Below are positions 1 through 10,638 of a DNA stretch of 64,000 bases, piece after piece. The notes under the pieces are model-generated. The model did no database searches and had not been told where the DNA came from. It saw nothing but the letters and a program-made list of their open reading frames with translations. Position 1 is the stretch's first letter. Each line of letters starts with the position of its first letter. The stretch is from Vicinamibacteria bacterium (GTDB lineage: Bacteria; Acidobacteriota; Vicinamibacteria; Marinacidobacterales; Marinacidobacteraceae): NCBI GenBank assembly GCA_965199715.1, contig OZ241322.1, positions 1-64,000 on the forward strand, read 5' to 3'. The position numbers and the translations under genes are program-made.

Positions 1-1916
1 CCGCCGAGGGCGGCTCCGCCGAAATCCGCCTCGTCGGCGACGGCGAGACGCTCGTCTCGGTGGAGCTGGACCTGCCGCCCGGCTCCACCACCGTCCCCAT
101 GCCGGCGCGCATCGAGGACCCGGGGATGACGGCGCTCGAGGCCGAGATCGTCGCGCCGGGCGACCGGCTCGCGCTCAACGACCGCCAGGCGGTGGAGGCC
201 CTCGTGGGGCTCCCCGCCAACGTGCTGTATGTGGAGGGCCAGGCCGACAGCGCCCACTTCCTCCGCGACGCGCTCGACGCCGACGGCCTCGACGTGCGGA
301 TGGCGCAGCCCGCGGCGCTCGGCGCGCTCGATCTCGCCGGGTTCGACGCGGTCGTGCTCAGCGACGTGCCTCCCGAGCGGCTGGCCGAGCCGGTCATGGA
401 GCGCGTCGCGAGCTACGTGCGGGACGCCGGCGGCGGCCTCGTCTTCGCCGCCGGCGAGTCCAGCTACGGCGAGGACGGCTACTCCGACTCGGTCCTCGAG
501 AGCGCGCTCCCGGTGGACTTCCAGATCGAGGAGAAGTGGAAGGACCTCTCGCTCATCATCGTGCTGGACAAGTCCTACAGCATGTACGGGCGCAAGATCG
601 CGCTCGCCAAGGAAGCCACCAAGGCCGCGCTGGACCTGCTGGAGGACAACCACCGCTTCGGCGTGGTCACGTTCGACTGGAACCCGTACACCACGATCCC
701 GCTCCAGCTCGTGAGCGACCGCGAGTGGATCAAGGAGGGCATCAGCCGCATCCAGGCGAGCGCCCAGACGAACATCTACCCGGCGCTCGAACGCGCCTAC
801 GAGCAGCTCGCCGAGAGTCCCTCCAAGGTGAAGCACGTCATCCTGCTCTCCGACGGGAAGACCTATCCCGACGACTACGAGGAGCTCGTGACCCGCATGG
901 AGGAGGACGAGATCACGATCTCGACCGTCGCCGTGGGCGAGGAGGCCGATCGCGAGCTGCTCTCGGAGATCGCCGACTGGGGGGACGGGCGTAGCTACTT
1001 CATCCGGGACGCGGCGCGGGTCCAGCAGATCTTCGTCGAGGAGACCCAGATCGCCCTCGACTCGACGCTCATCGAGGAGCCGTTCCAGCCGGTCGTGCGG
1101 CAGCAGGCGCACGTGCTGGACGGGCTCGACTTCGACGCCGCGCCCGAGCTCAAGGGATTCGTGGCCACGATGCCCAAGTCCACCGCCGAAGTGCTGCTGG
1201 AGGGCCCCGACGAGGAGCCGCTGCTCGCCCGCTGGCAGTACGGGCTGGGCCACGCGACCATGTTCACTTCGGATTGCAAGAACCGCTGGGCGGCGGACTG
1301 GGTCGAGTGGGACGGCTACGGCAAGTTCTGGACGCAGGTGGTCCGGGGCGCGATGCGAGAGGGCCGCGGCCCCGAGGTCGAGCTGGAGGTGGTCCGGCGC
1401 GGCGCGAACGCAGCCGTCAGCCTCTCGCTGATCGCCGAGGACGGATCCTTTCCGCGCGAGGTCGAGCCGGAGCTCGAAGTGAGCTACGCGGGCCTCGCGG
1501 GAAGCGCGGTGATGCGCCAGGTCGGGCCGGGCCGCTTCGAGGCCGAGGCGCCGCTGGACCTCGAGCCGGGGCAGACCGCCCGGTTCCGCATCCGGCCCGA
1601 GTCGCTGCCGGGCGGGATGGCGGACGGCGCTGGCCTCGAGCGCGCGATCCACGTCGCCTATCCCGACGAGTACCGGTTCCTCCCGGCGGACGCCGAGTCG
1701 CTCGCCGCGCTCGCCGCCGCGACCGGCGGCGCGATGGGGCCTACGGCCGACGCGGTTCTCGCGACCCACGGCGACCGGGTGGTGCGCGCTCGGGCGCTCT
1801 GGCCGCTGCTCGCCGTGCTCGGACTCCTCGCGTATCTGCTGGATCTCTCGATCCGCCGCACGCCGTGGCTGTGGACCCGGCTGCGGCGTCAGGTTTCGCG
1901 GCTACGACCGGCCTGA
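1..1916 (+). CDS. VWA domain membrane protein with GATase-like (DUF1355-type) domain, 5' partial
   Basis: Frame is open from the window edge; MIDAS motif DKSYS plus ILLSDG; DAVVLSDVP...GGGLV GATase-like segment; PLLARWQYGLG motif; C-terminal TM helix. Confidence 0.85.
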   Translation, partial: AEGGSAEIRLVGDGETLVSVELDLPPGSTTVPMPARIEDPGMTALEAEIVAPGDRLALNDRQAVEALVGLPANVLYVEGQADSAHFLRDALDADGLDVRMAQPAALGALDLAGFDAVVLSDVPPERLAEPVMERVASYVRDAGGGLVFAAGESSYGEDGYSDSVLESALPVDFQIEEKWKDLSLIIVLDKSYSMYGRKIALAKEATKAALDLLEDNHRFGVVTFDWNPYTTIPLQLVSDREWIKEGISRIQASAQTNIYPALERAYEQLAESPSKVKHVILLSDGKTYPDDYEELVTRMEEDEITISTVAVGEEADRELLSEIADWGDGRSYFIRDAARVQQIFVEETQIALDSTLIEEPFQPVVRQQAHVLDGLDFDAAPELKGFVATMPKSTAEVLLEGPDEEPLLARWQYGLGHATMFTSDCKNRWAADWVEWDGYGKFWTQVVRGAMREGRGPEVELEVVRRGANAAVSLSLIAEDGSFPREVEPELEVSYAGLAGSAVMRQVGPGRFEAEAPLDLEPGQTARFRIRPESLPGGMADGAGLERAIHVAYPDEYRFLPADAESLAALAAATGGAMGPTADAVLATHGDRVVRARALWPLLAVLGLLAYLLDLSIRRTPWLWTRLRRQVSRLRPA

Positions 1917-2827
1917 CCCTCGCGATCGCGCTCGGCGCGGTCGCCGTCGCGGCGTACCTGCTCGGGCTGCGCCGCGGCGAGGACCGCGGACGGCGGGACC
2001 AGGGCGGCCTCCACGAGGCGGCGCGCCGGCTCGCCGACAAGGTCGAGGACGTGGAGCGGAGCAGCCTCTCGCTCCGGGAAGCGCTTCGGGGCGACCGGCA
2101 GGCGCGGGGGCGCTGGGGGGAAGTGCAGCTCCAGACGCTCGTCGAGTCGGTCGGCCTCGCGCCGGGCCTCGACTTCGACGTCCAGCCGGAAGTGGGCGGC
2201 TTGCGCCCGGACTTCGTCTTCCGGCTCCCCGGGGGCGAGCGCCTCGCCGTGGACGTCAAGACTCCGATGGACGACTTCCTGCGGGCGGCGGAGGCGCCGG
2301 AGGAGGCCGCCGAGCACGGCGCGCGCCACGCCGGGCGGGTGCGGGCGCACGTCCACGAGCTCGCGCAGCGCGACTACCCGGGCCTCCTCGGGGACGGGCC
2401 GCCGTTCACCGTCATGTTCCTGCCGGTGGAGGCGCTCCTCGCCGAGGCGATGCGGCACGATTCGGATCTGCTGCGGTTCGCCGCCGGGCGCCGGGTCGTG
2501 CTAACCACGCCCCACACGCTTCTCGGCCTCCTGTGGGCCATCTCCACCCTCTGGCGCGGCGAGCGGCGCGTCCGGAACGCCGAGTCGCTGGCCGACGAGG
2601 CCCTCGAGGCCGAGCGCCGGCTGGGCAAGTTCCTCGAGCATTTCGCCGAGGCCGGGGGGCGGCTGCGGCAGGCCGCGGACGCCTACAACGCGGCGGTCGG
2701 CTCCGCCGAGTCGCGGCTCGTCCCGCAGTTGCGCCGGCTGCGCGAACTGTCCGGGCGCCCCCACGGGGAAGAGGGCCTTCCCAAGCCGGTCGAAGCCGCG
2801 GTCCGGCCGCCTCCGGAAACGGACTGA
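1865..2827 (+). CDS. rmuC: DNA recombination protein RmuC
   Basis: RGRWGEVQL, RPDFVFRLPG, VDVKTP, MFLPVE, TTPHTL, YNAAVGS motifs and N-terminal TM; start uncertain (GTG 1865/1871 or CTG 1913). Confidence 0.88.
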   Translation: MAVDPAAASGFAATTGLTLAIALGAVAVAAYLLGLRRGEDRGRRDQGGLHEAARRLADKVEDVERSSLSLREALRGDRQARGRWGEVQLQTLVESVGLAPGLDFDVQPEVGGLRPDFVFRLPGGERLAVDVKTPMDDFLRAAEAPEEAAEHGARHAGRVRAHVHELAQRDYPGLLGDGPPFTVMFLPVEALLAEAMRHDSDLLRFAAGRRVVLTTPHTLLGLLWAISTLWRGERRVRNAESLADEALEAERRLGKFLEHFAEAGGRLRQAADAYNAAVGSAESRLVPQLRRLRELSGRPHGEEGLPKPVEAAVRPPPETD

Positions 2828-2828
2828 C

Positions 2829-3329
2829 TCAGGAGCAGGCGCCGAGCGCGTCGTCGTAGTCCGGCTCGACCGTGATCTCGGGCACGAGCTGCGAATGCAG
2901 CACCGTCCCGTCCTCGCCGATGACGACGACCGCCCGGGCGAACAGGCCGGCCAGCGGCCCGTCCACCAACTGGATCCCGTAGTCGTCCCCGAAGGAGCCG
3001 TCGCGCATCGACGATGCGCACGTCACGCCCTCGATGCCCTCCGCGCCGCAAAAGCGCGACAGCGCGAAGGGGAGGTCCCGCGAGATGCACAGCACCTCGG
3101 TGTTCGCGAGGTTGGCCGCGGCCTCGTTGAAGCGCCGGATCGTGGTGGCGCAGACCGGGGTGTCCACGCTCGGGAAGATGTTCAGGACGACGCGCTTGCC
3201 GGCGAAATCGGCGAGCGTCAGGTCCTTCAGGTCCCCGCCGGTGACGGTGAAGTCCGGCGCGGGATCCCCGGCCTTCGGGAGCTGGCCGGAGACGCCGAAG
3301 GGGTTGCCCTTCAGGTTGACGGTGTGCAT
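2829..3329 (-). CDS. tpx: Thiol peroxidase (atypical 2-Cys peroxiredoxin)
   Basis: FPSVDTPVC, ISRDLPFALSRFCGAEG and EPDYD motifs; GGAG SD before ATG 3329. Confidence 0.95.
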   Translation of the reverse strand: MHTVNLKGNPFGVSGQLPKAGDPAPDFTVTGGDLKDLTLADFAGKRVVLNIFPSVDTPVCATTIRRFNEAAANLANTEVLCISRDLPFALSRFCGAEGIEGVTCASSMRDGSFGDDYGIQLVDGPLAGLFARAVVVIGEDGTVLHSQLVPEITVEPDYDDALGACS

Positions 3330-3411
3330 GGCGGGGAGACTCCTCTTCGGTAGCGGGGCGCCGGTAGGATACACACGGCGGGGACGCGGTTTTCCGAAGG
3401 GAGAAAGGACC

Positions 3412-4314
3412 ATGAAGCGGCGGCTGGCGATCGTGACGGGACTCGCCGCGATCGGCGCGGCGGCGTGCGGCGGGTCCATGGAGGCGCCGGAGCCCTCGCC
3501 CGAGGAACCGCCGCCCGCGCGCTGGAACGGGATGACCGCGCTGCTCGAGTCGGGCGACGTCGTCTTCGGCATGTTCGCCGGGGAGCGGACCCCCGAGGGC
3601 GCGGCGGAGATGGCGCGGCGCGACCTCGCCGACTTCGCGTTCTATTCGCTCGAATCGGGGCCGTTCGACCTGCCGACCATGTCCGCCTGGATGGATGCGC
3701 TCTCGCCGCCGGACTCCCGGGGCGCGGACAACCCCCATCCGGTCGCGCTGCGCATCCCGCCGATCCGGGACGGTTTCTACGAGGCGGCGGAGCGGACGGC
3801 CGCCGGCCTCGACGCCGGCGCGTACGCGATCGTCTTCCCCCACGTGGAGTCCGCGGAGGAGGCGGCGCACGCCGTCCGCTCGATGCGTCTTGCGAGTGCG
3901 GGCGGCCTCCGGCCCGAGCCCGCGCCCGAGGCGGCGCGCGTCTTCGGCGTGACCCCCGACGAGTACCGGGTTCGCGCCGGCGTCTGGCCGCTCGATCCCG
4001 ACGGCGAGCTCCTGAGCATGGCGCTCATCGAGGATCGGGTCGGCGTGGAGCGCGCGCTGGAGATCGCGAGCGTTCCCGGGATTTCGGTCGTGTTCCCGGG
4101 GCCGGGGGATCTGCGCCGCGCCTACGACGGCGACATGGAGGCGGTCGAGGAGGCGATCCAGACCGTGCTGGCCGCGTGTCTCGAGGCCGACGTTCCCTGC
4201 GGGATCACCGCCGGACCCGACGACGTCGCGACCCGGATCGAGCAGGGATTCCGGGTCTTCATCGTGACTTCCCCCGACGCCCTGGCTCCCGGCCACGCGG
4301 CGGCCGGGCGCTGA
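3412..4314 (+). CDS. HpcH/HpaI aldolase/citrate-lyase family protein with lipoprotein signal
   Basis: LDAGAYAIVFPHVES, LIEDRVGV, GPGDL motifs; N-terminus MKRRLAIVTGLAAIGAAAC. Confidence 0.75.
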   Translation: MKRRLAIVTGLAAIGAAACGGSMEAPEPSPEEPPPARWNGMTALLESGDVVFGMFAGERTPEGAAEMARRDLADFAFYSLESGPFDLPTMSAWMDALSPPDSRGADNPHPVALRIPPIRDGFYEAAERTAAGLDAGAYAIVFPHVESAEEAAHAVRSMRLASAGGLRPEPAPEAARVFGVTPDEYRVRAGVWPLDPDGELLSMALIEDRVGVERALEIASVPGISVVFPGPGDLRRAYDGDMEAVEEAIQTVLAACLEADVPCGITAGPDDVATRIEQGFRVFIVTSPDALAPGHAAAGR

Positions 4315-4331
4315 AGAGGAGACTTCCGGAA

Positions 4332-5672
4332 GTGAGCAAAGCGAGGACCGCGCTGTTGGAGCGGGACGCCCGGCACCTGATCCATCCGATCCACAGCGCC
4401 GCGGCCACCGCGGGCGGCCACGTCTGGGTGCGGGGCGAGGGAGCCCGCCTGTTCGACGCCGACGGCAACGACTACGTGGACGCGCTGTCCGGCCTCTGGA
4501 ACGTGTTCATCGGCCACGGACGCGAGGAGCTGGCCGCCGCCGCCGGCGCGCAGATGCGCGACCTCGGGTACTGCTCGGGGTACGCCGGGAGCACGAACCC
4601 CCGGGCGATCGAGCTCGCCGAGACGCTCGCCGAGATCGCCTACCCGTCGATCAACCGCTTCTTCCTGACGAGCGGCGGCGGCGAGTCCACCGACTCCAGC
4701 ATCAAGACCGCGCGCTACTTCTGGAAGATGCGGGGCCGCCCCGAGAAGACCAAGGTCATCTCGCGGATCTGGGGCTACCACGGCGTGACGCTCGCGGCCA
4801 TGAGCGCGACCGGCATCTCGTCCTACTGGCCCATGTTCGAGCCCCGGGTGCCCGGATTCCGGCACATCGCCTCGCCGTATCCCTATTTCTACCAGCCGGA
4901 GCCGGGCAAGACGCGCGGGATTTCCGCCGCCGACGAGCTGGAGGCCGTCATCCGCGAGGAGGGGCCGGAGACGGTGGCCATGTTCATCGCCGAGCCGGTG
5001 CAGGGCGCCGGCGGGGTGATCGTCCCGACCAACGACTACTTCCCGAGGATCCGCGAGATCTGCGACCGCTACGACGTGCTGCTCGTCTCCGACGAGGTCA
5101 TCACCGGGTTCGGGCGCACCGGCACCATGTTCGGGCTCGAGCATTGGGGGGTCGAGCCGGACATCATGCAGTTCGCCAAGGGGGTCACCTCCGGCCACGT
5201 TCCGCTCGGCGGAGTCGGGGTCTCGGACCGGGTCGCGTCCGCGATCGACGACGGCAACCCGGTCTGGATGCACGCGTACACCTACAGCGGGCATCCGGTG
5301 GCGTGCGCGGTCGCGCTCGAGAACCTGCGCATCATCCGCGAGGAGGGCCTCGTGGAGATGGCGCGGCGGAAGGGCAAGCTGTTGCAGGATCTGCTGCGGG
5401 ACGCGGTGGGGGACCATCCCCACGTCGGCGACGTCCGGGGCAAGGGCCTCATGGCGGCCGTGGAGGTCGTGGCCGACCGCGGCTCCCGCACGCTGTTCCC
5501 GGACGCCGAGAAGGTCGGACCGCGGATGCTCGCCGTCATCGACCGGTTGGGCGTGTTCAGCCGGGTTCGCGGCGACGTGTTCGTCTGCGCGCCGCCGGTG
5601 TGCGCGACCGAGGCCGACCTGGGCCAGATCGCCGACTCGGTCGCCGCCGCGCTTCGGGAGGTTCTAGGGTAG
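4332..5672 (+). CDS. Class III PLP aminotransferase (omega-amino acid/BioA-like)
   Basis: AEPVQGAGG, DEVITGFGRTG, AKGVTSG, HAYTYSGHP; start GTG 4332 or CTG 4311. Confidence 0.92.
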   Translation: MSKARTALLERDARHLIHPIHSAAATAGGHVWVRGEGARLFDADGNDYVDALSGLWNVFIGHGREELAAAAGAQMRDLGYCSGYAGSTNPRAIELAETLAEIAYPSINRFFLTSGGGESTDSSIKTARYFWKMRGRPEKTKVISRIWGYHGVTLAAMSATGISSYWPMFEPRVPGFRHIASPYPYFYQPEPGKTRGISAADELEAVIREEGPETVAMFIAEPVQGAGGVIVPTNDYFPRIREICDRYDVLLVSDEVITGFGRTGTMFGLEHWGVEPDIMQFAKGVTSGHVPLGGVGVSDRVASAIDDGNPVWMHAYTYSGHPVACAVALENLRIIREEGLVEMARRKGKLLQDLLRDAVGDHPHVGDVRGKGLMAAVEVVADRGSRTLFPDAEKVGPRMLAVIDRLGVFSRVRGDVFVCAPPVCATEADLGQIADSVAAALREVLG

Positions 5673-5679
5673 CGGTCGG

Positions 5680-6795
5680 CTACATCACCTCGACCGCGTA
5701 GCGCTCCCGGACGAGCCGCCACGCGGAGACGGCGAACGCGGTCAACGGGATCGCGAGCAGCGTGCCGGTGAGGCCGCCGAGCGCGCTGCCCCAGAAGAGC
5801 ACCGCCACGATGATCGCCATCCAGTGGAGGCCGGTGCGATCCCCCATGATGCGCGGCGTCAGGATCCAGCCCTCGATGAGTTGGGTGGCGACGAGCACGC
5901 CCGCCGCGAGCGCGGCGACCAGCAGGCTTCCGTCCGGCTGGGCCCAGGCGAGCGGCACCGCGGTGACGAACCCGACCGTGGTCCCGAGGTAGGGGATGAT
6001 GGTCAAGAGGCCGAGGAAGAGGCCGATCAGGAAGCCGTAGTCGAGCCCGATGAGGGTGAATCCGATCGCCACCAGCAGGCCCTGCAGGAAGGCGACCGCG
6101 AGCTGGGCGCGGAAGAACACCACGAGGATGTTCACGAACTCGCGGCCGAGCCGGAACGCCGTGTCGCGGGTCTTCGGCTTCAGGAAGGGCAGGAGGCGCG
6201 CCGGATCGGCGGGGGGCGGCTCCCAGAGCAGGAAGAAGCCGAAGTAAAGCGGGACGATGGCCCAGCCGAGGAGGCCGAGGACTCCCTCCACGATCCCGGC
6301 GCCGGCCGCGAAGATCCGCTCGCCGAGCAGGGTGGCGCCCTCGACCAGCGTCGCCCGTTGGCTGACGAGGAAGTCGCGGATCTGCCGGCCCATCGGGTGG
6401 TCCTCGAGGAAGTCCACGACCAGCGGGGCCTCGGCGAGGACGAAGCGGTACGCCGCCGCGACCGCCTCGGGCGCCTGGCGGACAAGGTCCCCGACCTGGC
6501 TCGCGAGCAGGTTCCCGAAGGCCAGCGCGAAGGCCGCGAGAAGGCCGGCGACCGCCGCGAAGACCGCGGCGAGGGCGAGGATCGGCGGCAGCCGCAGGCG
6601 CTGCTGGAAGCCGCGGAACCACGGCCGGAAGACGAGCGCGGCGAGCGCCCCCACGGCGAGCGGCAGCAGGATGTGCGAGAACGCGGTCAGGAACCGGTAG
6701 AGCGCCCACGCGACCCCGGCGGCGGCCGCGACGAGGACCGCGAAGGCGAGGACGGTGAGCGCCGCTTCCCGGATCGCCCGCCGCCCGTCGTCCAT
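5680..6795 (-). CDS. AI-2E family transporter
   Basis: Multi-TM; IIPYLG, QLIEGWILTPRIMG, GLHW, LLAIPL motifs; TGATG coupling to ahcY. Confidence 0.88.
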   Translation of the reverse strand: MDDGRRAIREAALTVLAFAVLVAAAAGVAWALYRFLTAFSHILLPLAVGALAALVFRPWFRGFQQRLRLPPILALAAVFAAVAGLLAAFALAFGNLLASQVGDLVRQAPEAVAAAYRFVLAEAPLVVDFLEDHPMGRQIRDFLVSQRATLVEGATLLGERIFAAGAGIVEGVLGLLGWAIVPLYFGFFLLWEPPPADPARLLPFLKPKTRDTAFRLGREFVNILVVFFRAQLAVAFLQGLLVAIGFTLIGLDYGFLIGLFLGLLTIIPYLGTTVGFVTAVPLAWAQPDGSLLVAALAAGVLVATQLIEGWILTPRIMGDRTGLHWMAIIVAVLFWGSALGGLTGTLLAIPLTAFAVSAWRLVRERYAVEVM

Positions 6796-8294
6796 CAGTA
6801 GCGGTACTCGTCCGGCTTGAACGGTCCGCCGACCGGGACGCCGATGTACTCCGCCTGCTCGGCCGTGAGTTCGGTGAGCCGGGCGCCGAGCTTTTGGAGA
6901 TGCAGCCGGGCCACGTCCTCGTCGAGGCGCTTCGGAAGCACGTGCACCCCGAGCGGATACTCCTCCAGTCGCTGGTGGAGCTCGATCTGCGCGAGCACCT
7001 GGTTCGAGAAGCTGGTGCTCATCACGAAGCTGGGGTGCCCGGTGGCGTTGCCGAGATTGAGCAGCCGCCCCTCGGAGAGCACGATGAGCTGGCGTCCGTC
7101 GGGGAAGACCCAGGCGTCCACCTGCGGCTTGATCCGAATCCGCTCGACCCCGGGCTCGGCGGCGAGCCCGGCCATGTCGATCTCGTTGTCGAAGTGGCCC
7201 ACGTTCCCGACGATGGCGTTGTGCTTCATGCGCCGGAGGTGCTCGATCCCGATCACCCGCACGTTGCCGGTGGCGGTGACGAAGAGGTCGGCGGTCTCGA
7301 CCGCGTCCTCGATCCGGACCACCTGGAAGCCGTCCATGAGCGCCTGGAGCGCGCAGATCGGATCCACCTCGGTCACGGACACCCGGCACTTCTGGGCGGA
7401 GAGCGACTGGGCCGCGCCCTTGCCCACCTCGCCGTAGCCGAGGACCACCGCCTCCTTGCCCGAGAGCATGACGTCGGTGCCCCGCATGATCCCGTCCACG
7501 AGCGAGTGGCGGATGCCGTAGATGTTGTCGAACTTGCTCTTCGTGACCGAGTCGTTCACGTTGATCGCGGGGAACGCCAGCGTCCCGGCGGCGTGCATCC
7601 GGGCGAGGCGGTGGACTCCGGTGGTCGTCTCCTCGGTCACGCCGACGACGCCCCGGGCGAGTCCGGAGAACCACCCCGGCCGCTCGGCGGCGACCGCGTG
7701 GAGCAACGACAGCACCACCGCGGCTTCCTCGCTCTCCGCGGCCTGCGGGTCGGGGATCCGGCCGCCGCGCTCGCACGAGGCCCCCTGGTGGACGAGGAGC
7801 GTGGCGTCGCCGCCGTCGTCGAGGATGAGGCTGGGGCCGCGCCCGTCCGGCCAGTCGAAGGCCTGGGCGGCGCACCACCAGTATTCGGCGAGGGTCTCGC
7901 CCTTCCACGCGAACACGGCCGGCCCCCTCGGGTCGGCGGCGTCGCCGCCGCGCCCGGCGACGACGGCGGCGGCGGCGTGGTCCTGGGTCGAGTAGATGTT
8001 GCAGCTCGCCCACCGGACCTCCGCCCCGAGGTCGAGGAGCGTCTCGATCAGGACCGCCGTCTGGATCGTCATGTGGAGCGAGCCGGTGATCCGGGCGCCG
8101 CTGAGCGGCTGCGTCCCGGCGAAGCGCTCGCGCAGCGCCATGAGGCCGGGCATCTCGTGCTCGGCGAGCGCGATCTCGCGGCGGCCGAACTCGACCGTCT
8201 CGGGCGAGAGGTCGGCCACCCGGAAGGGCGCGGCGCCGAACAGGGGAAGGCCCGTGTCGAGGAAGGGAGCGACGGGAGCGGCGGTCTGGGTCAT
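6795..8294 (-). CDS. ahcY: Adenosylhomocysteinase (SAH hydrolase)
   Basis: [60 protein letters not shown]. Confidence 0.97.
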   Translation of the reverse strand: MTQTAAPVAPFLDTGLPLFGAAPFRVADLSPETVEFGRREIALAEHEMPGLMALRERFAGTQPLSGARITGSLHMTIQTAVLIETLLDLGAEVRWASCNIYSTQDHAAAAVVAGRGGDAADPRGPAVFAWKGETLAEYWWCAAQAFDWPDGRGPSLILDDGGDATLLVHQGASCERGGRIPDPQAAESEEAAVVLSLLHAVAAERPGWFSGLARGVVGVTEETTTGVHRLARMHAAGTLAFPAINVNDSVTKSKFDNIYGIRHSLVDGIMRGTDVMLSGKEAVVLGYGEVGKGAAQSLSAQKCRVSVTEVDPICALQALMDGFQVVRIEDAVETADLFVTATGNVRVIGIEHLRRMKHNAIVGNVGHFDNEIDMAGLAAEPGVERIRIKPQVDAWVFPDGRQLIVLSEGRLLNLGNATGHPSFVMSTSFSNQVLAQIELHQRLEEYPLGVHVLPKRLDEDVARLHLQKLGARLTELTAEQAEYIGVPVGGPFKPDEYRY

Positions 8295-9190
8295 GGCGTG
8301 GGTCGGGGCTCCTTGGCTGGCGACAGGCCGCCGGCGGTGCGTCCGATCGTCGCGGTCAGTCCGAAGCCGAAGACGAGGAAGCCGACGGCGAGCATGGCGT
8401 CGGAGGCGCCGGGGAGAATTCGCGCGCCGTCCTCGCTCTGGAAGGGCCAGAGGCCGGCGGCGGCGCCGAAGAGGAGGCCGAACAGCGCGCCGATGGTCGC
8501 TTCGGGGTATCGCTTCAGGAAGAAGTACACGACGCGCGCGCCGACGCCGGTGCCCACGACCGCCCCGATGAGGAACGGCGCGATTCCGATGAGCGCCGGC
8601 AGAACCGATCCGGCTCCCCGAAACGCGTCCCCGACCCGGTCGGCGGCGCCGAGATAGGGCAGGTACATCCCGATGAGCAGCAGGACGTACGTGCCGCTGA
8701 CTCCCGGCATGGTCATCACCGCGGCTCCGATGAAGCCCGCGCCGAAGAACGCCCCCGTGGTGGGGTTCTCGACGGAGATCAGAGTTCCCTGGAAGAGCAG
8801 CGGGATCATCGCCACGCCGAATCCGGCGACGGCCCCGACGGCGAACATCGCGTCGCGCGCCGGCGTCAGCCGCAGCAGCGCGGGCAGGCCGCCGAAGGTG
8901 AGGCCCACGAACAGGGAAAGGCACGCTTGCGGCCACCGCTCGAAGGCGTCGCGGGCGAAGCCGGCGGCGAGAAACACGGACATGAACGACGCCGTCGTGA
9001 TCAAGCTGAGCACGATCACCGAATGCGCCCGGAACCGCAGCGAGGTCACGTCGGCGACGGCTTCGAGCGTCATCGGCAGCGCGCCCACGGCGGTGATCAG
9101 GGTGGCGCCGCTGATGCCGGGAAACAGCGTGGCCACGCCGGCGAGCGAACCGCCCGCGACGCAGCGCACGAAGTTCATCGCCGAGGGCAT
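8291..9190 (-). CDS. DUF368 family membrane protein (putative undecaprenyl-phosphate translocase)
   Basis: Two repeats PGISGATL and [16 protein letters not shown] in a multi-TM protein. Confidence 0.8.
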   Translation of the reverse strand: MPSAMNFVRCVAGGSLAGVATLFPGISGATLITAVGALPMTLEAVADVTSLRFRAHSVIVLSLITTASFMSVFLAAGFARDAFERWPQACLSLFVGLTFGGLPALLRLTPARDAMFAVGAVAGFGVAMIPLLFQGTLISVENPTTGAFFGAGFIGAAVMTMPGVSGTYVLLLIGMYLPYLGAADRVGDAFRGAGSVLPALIGIAPFLIGAVVGTGVGARVVYFFLKRYPEATIGALFGLLFGAAAGLWPFQSEDGARILPGASDAMLAVGFLVFGFGLTATIGRTAGGLSPAKEPRPTP

Positions 9191-9196
9191 CGGCGC

Positions 9197-9215
9197 ATTG
9201 TAGGCGCGTCACAAT
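9197..9215. promoter_or_regulatory. Back-to-back -10 boxes for divergent, probably leaderless genes
   Basis: TACAAT on minus strand (9197-9202) 6 nt before ATG 9190; CACAAT on plus strand (9210-9215) 7 nt before ATG 9223. Confidence 0.6.
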
Positions 9216-9222
9216 CCGGTCG

Positions 9223-9813
9223 ATGCTTGCGGTGCGGCGACTTCGGCTGGCGGGGCTTCCGCCGCTCGATCTCGACGTGGGACCCGGCGAGATGCTCGCG
9301 ATTTCCGGGCCTTCGGGATCGGGAAAGACCCGCCTGTGCCGGGCGCTCGCCGATCTCGATCCGGTTCCCGGCGAGGTCCGATGGAACGGCGCGGTCCGGG
9401 AGAGCGTGCCCGCTCCTCGATGGCGGGGCATGGTCGGACTGCTGCCGGCGGAGCCGCGGTTCTGGGCGGCGACCGTGGGCGACCACTTTCCCAAGGCGCC
9501 CTCCGAAGAGCTGCTGCGGGAATTCGGCCTGCCGGGGGACGTCCTCGAGCGGCCGCCGGAGCGGCTTTCGACCGGCGAGCGCGCCCGGGCGGCGATCCTG
9601 CGGCTGCTCGCCCGGAACCCGGAGGTCCTGCTTCTGGACGAGCCGACCGCGAACCTCGACGCGGGGAACCGGGAGCGCATCGGGCGCTTCCTCGACGACT
9701 GGCGGCGTGAGCGGAGGGCCGCGGTGCTGTGGGCCTCGCACGCGGCTTCCGAAATCGCCGCCGCCGACCGGGTGCTGGAGCTCCCGTCGGGGCGGACGGT
9801 GGCGCGGCCGTGA
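9223..9813 (+). CDS. ABC transporter ATP-binding protein (FetA/YbbL-like)
   Basis: Walker [14 protein letters not shown] signature, LLLDEPT; GTGA coupling to fetB-like gene. Confidence 0.88.
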   Translation: MLAVRRLRLAGLPPLDLDVGPGEMLAISGPSGSGKTRLCRALADLDPVPGEVRWNGAVRESVPAPRWRGMVGLLPAEPRFWAATVGDHFPKAPSEELLREFGLPGDVLERPPERLSTGERARAAILRLLARNPEVLLLDEPTANLDAGNRERIGRFLDDWRRERRAAVLWASHAASEIAAADRVLELPSGRTVARP

Positions 9814-10598
9814 TCCCGCTCGCCGCGTCGGACCTGCTGCTCGCGGCGCTCGCCGTCCTGCTGCTCGCGTTCACGGCCAGTCGGGACCGGCTGGGGGCGT
9901 CGCGCCAGTTGCTGTGGCTTTCGGCCCGGATGGCGGCCCAACTGCTCCTCGTCGGGCTCGCGCTGCGGCTCGTGCTCGGCTCGGAGGCGTGGTGGGTCGT
10001 CGCGCTCATGGCGCTCCTCATGCTGCTCGTCGCGGCGCGGGAGGTGCGCAGCCGGCAACGCCGTCCGCTGCGGGGAGTCTGGGGGTATCTCGTCGGCGGT
10101 GCGGCGATGTTCGTCTCGTCGTTCGCGCTCGCCGTGTTCGCGCTCGCGCTCGTCCTCGGCCCCGACCCATGGTGGCGGCCCCGGTTCGCCATCCCGCTGC
10201 TCGGGATGCTGCTCGGAAACACGATGAACGGGATCTCGCTCTCCGTGGAGCGCCTCACCGAGGCCGCGGCGCGCGACCGGGACGTGATCGAGCAGCGCCT
10301 CGCGCTCGGAGAGCCGCGCGAGGAAGCGATCCGGGACATCGTGCGCCAAAGCGCCCGCGCCGGGCTGATCCCGATCCTGAACGCGCTCGCCGCCGCCGGG
10401 ATCGTGAGCCTTCCCGGCATGATGACCGGCCAGATCCTCGCCGGGGCCGACGCCATGGAGGCCGTCCGCTACCAGATCCTCATCATGCTCCTGATCGCCG
10501 CCGGAACCGGGTTCGGAATCCAGGGCGCGGTCCGGGCCACCGCCCGGCGGCTGTTCGACGGACGCCACCGGCTTCGGCTGGACCGGCTCGAGGGCTGA
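9810..10598 (+). CDS. fetB: ABC permease, FetB/YbbM (UPF0014) family
   Basis: [36 protein letters not shown] motifs. Confidence 0.88.
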   Translation: MIPLAASDLLLAALAVLLLAFTASRDRLGASRQLLWLSARMAAQLLLVGLALRLVLGSEAWWVVALMALLMLLVAAREVRSRQRRPLRGVWGYLVGGAAMFVSSFALAVFALALVLGPDPWWRPRFAIPLLGMLLGNTMNGISLSVERLTEAAARDRDVIEQRLALGEPREEAIRDIVRQSARAGLIPILNALAAAGIVSLPGMMTGQILAGADAMEAVRYQILIMLLIAAGTGFGIQGAVRATARRLFDGRHRLRLDRLEG

Positions 10599-10638
10599 CC
10601 GGCCTGTGGGATACTGCCGCGCCCTCGGGAGGCCGCCC

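Noticed and set aside
3327-3345. Shared GGGGAGACTCC motif before tpx and before the FMN oxidase (about 23824-23836)
   Set aside because: Explained by an SD (GGAG) plus pyrimidine spacer on the minus strand; hairpin too short to claim regulation
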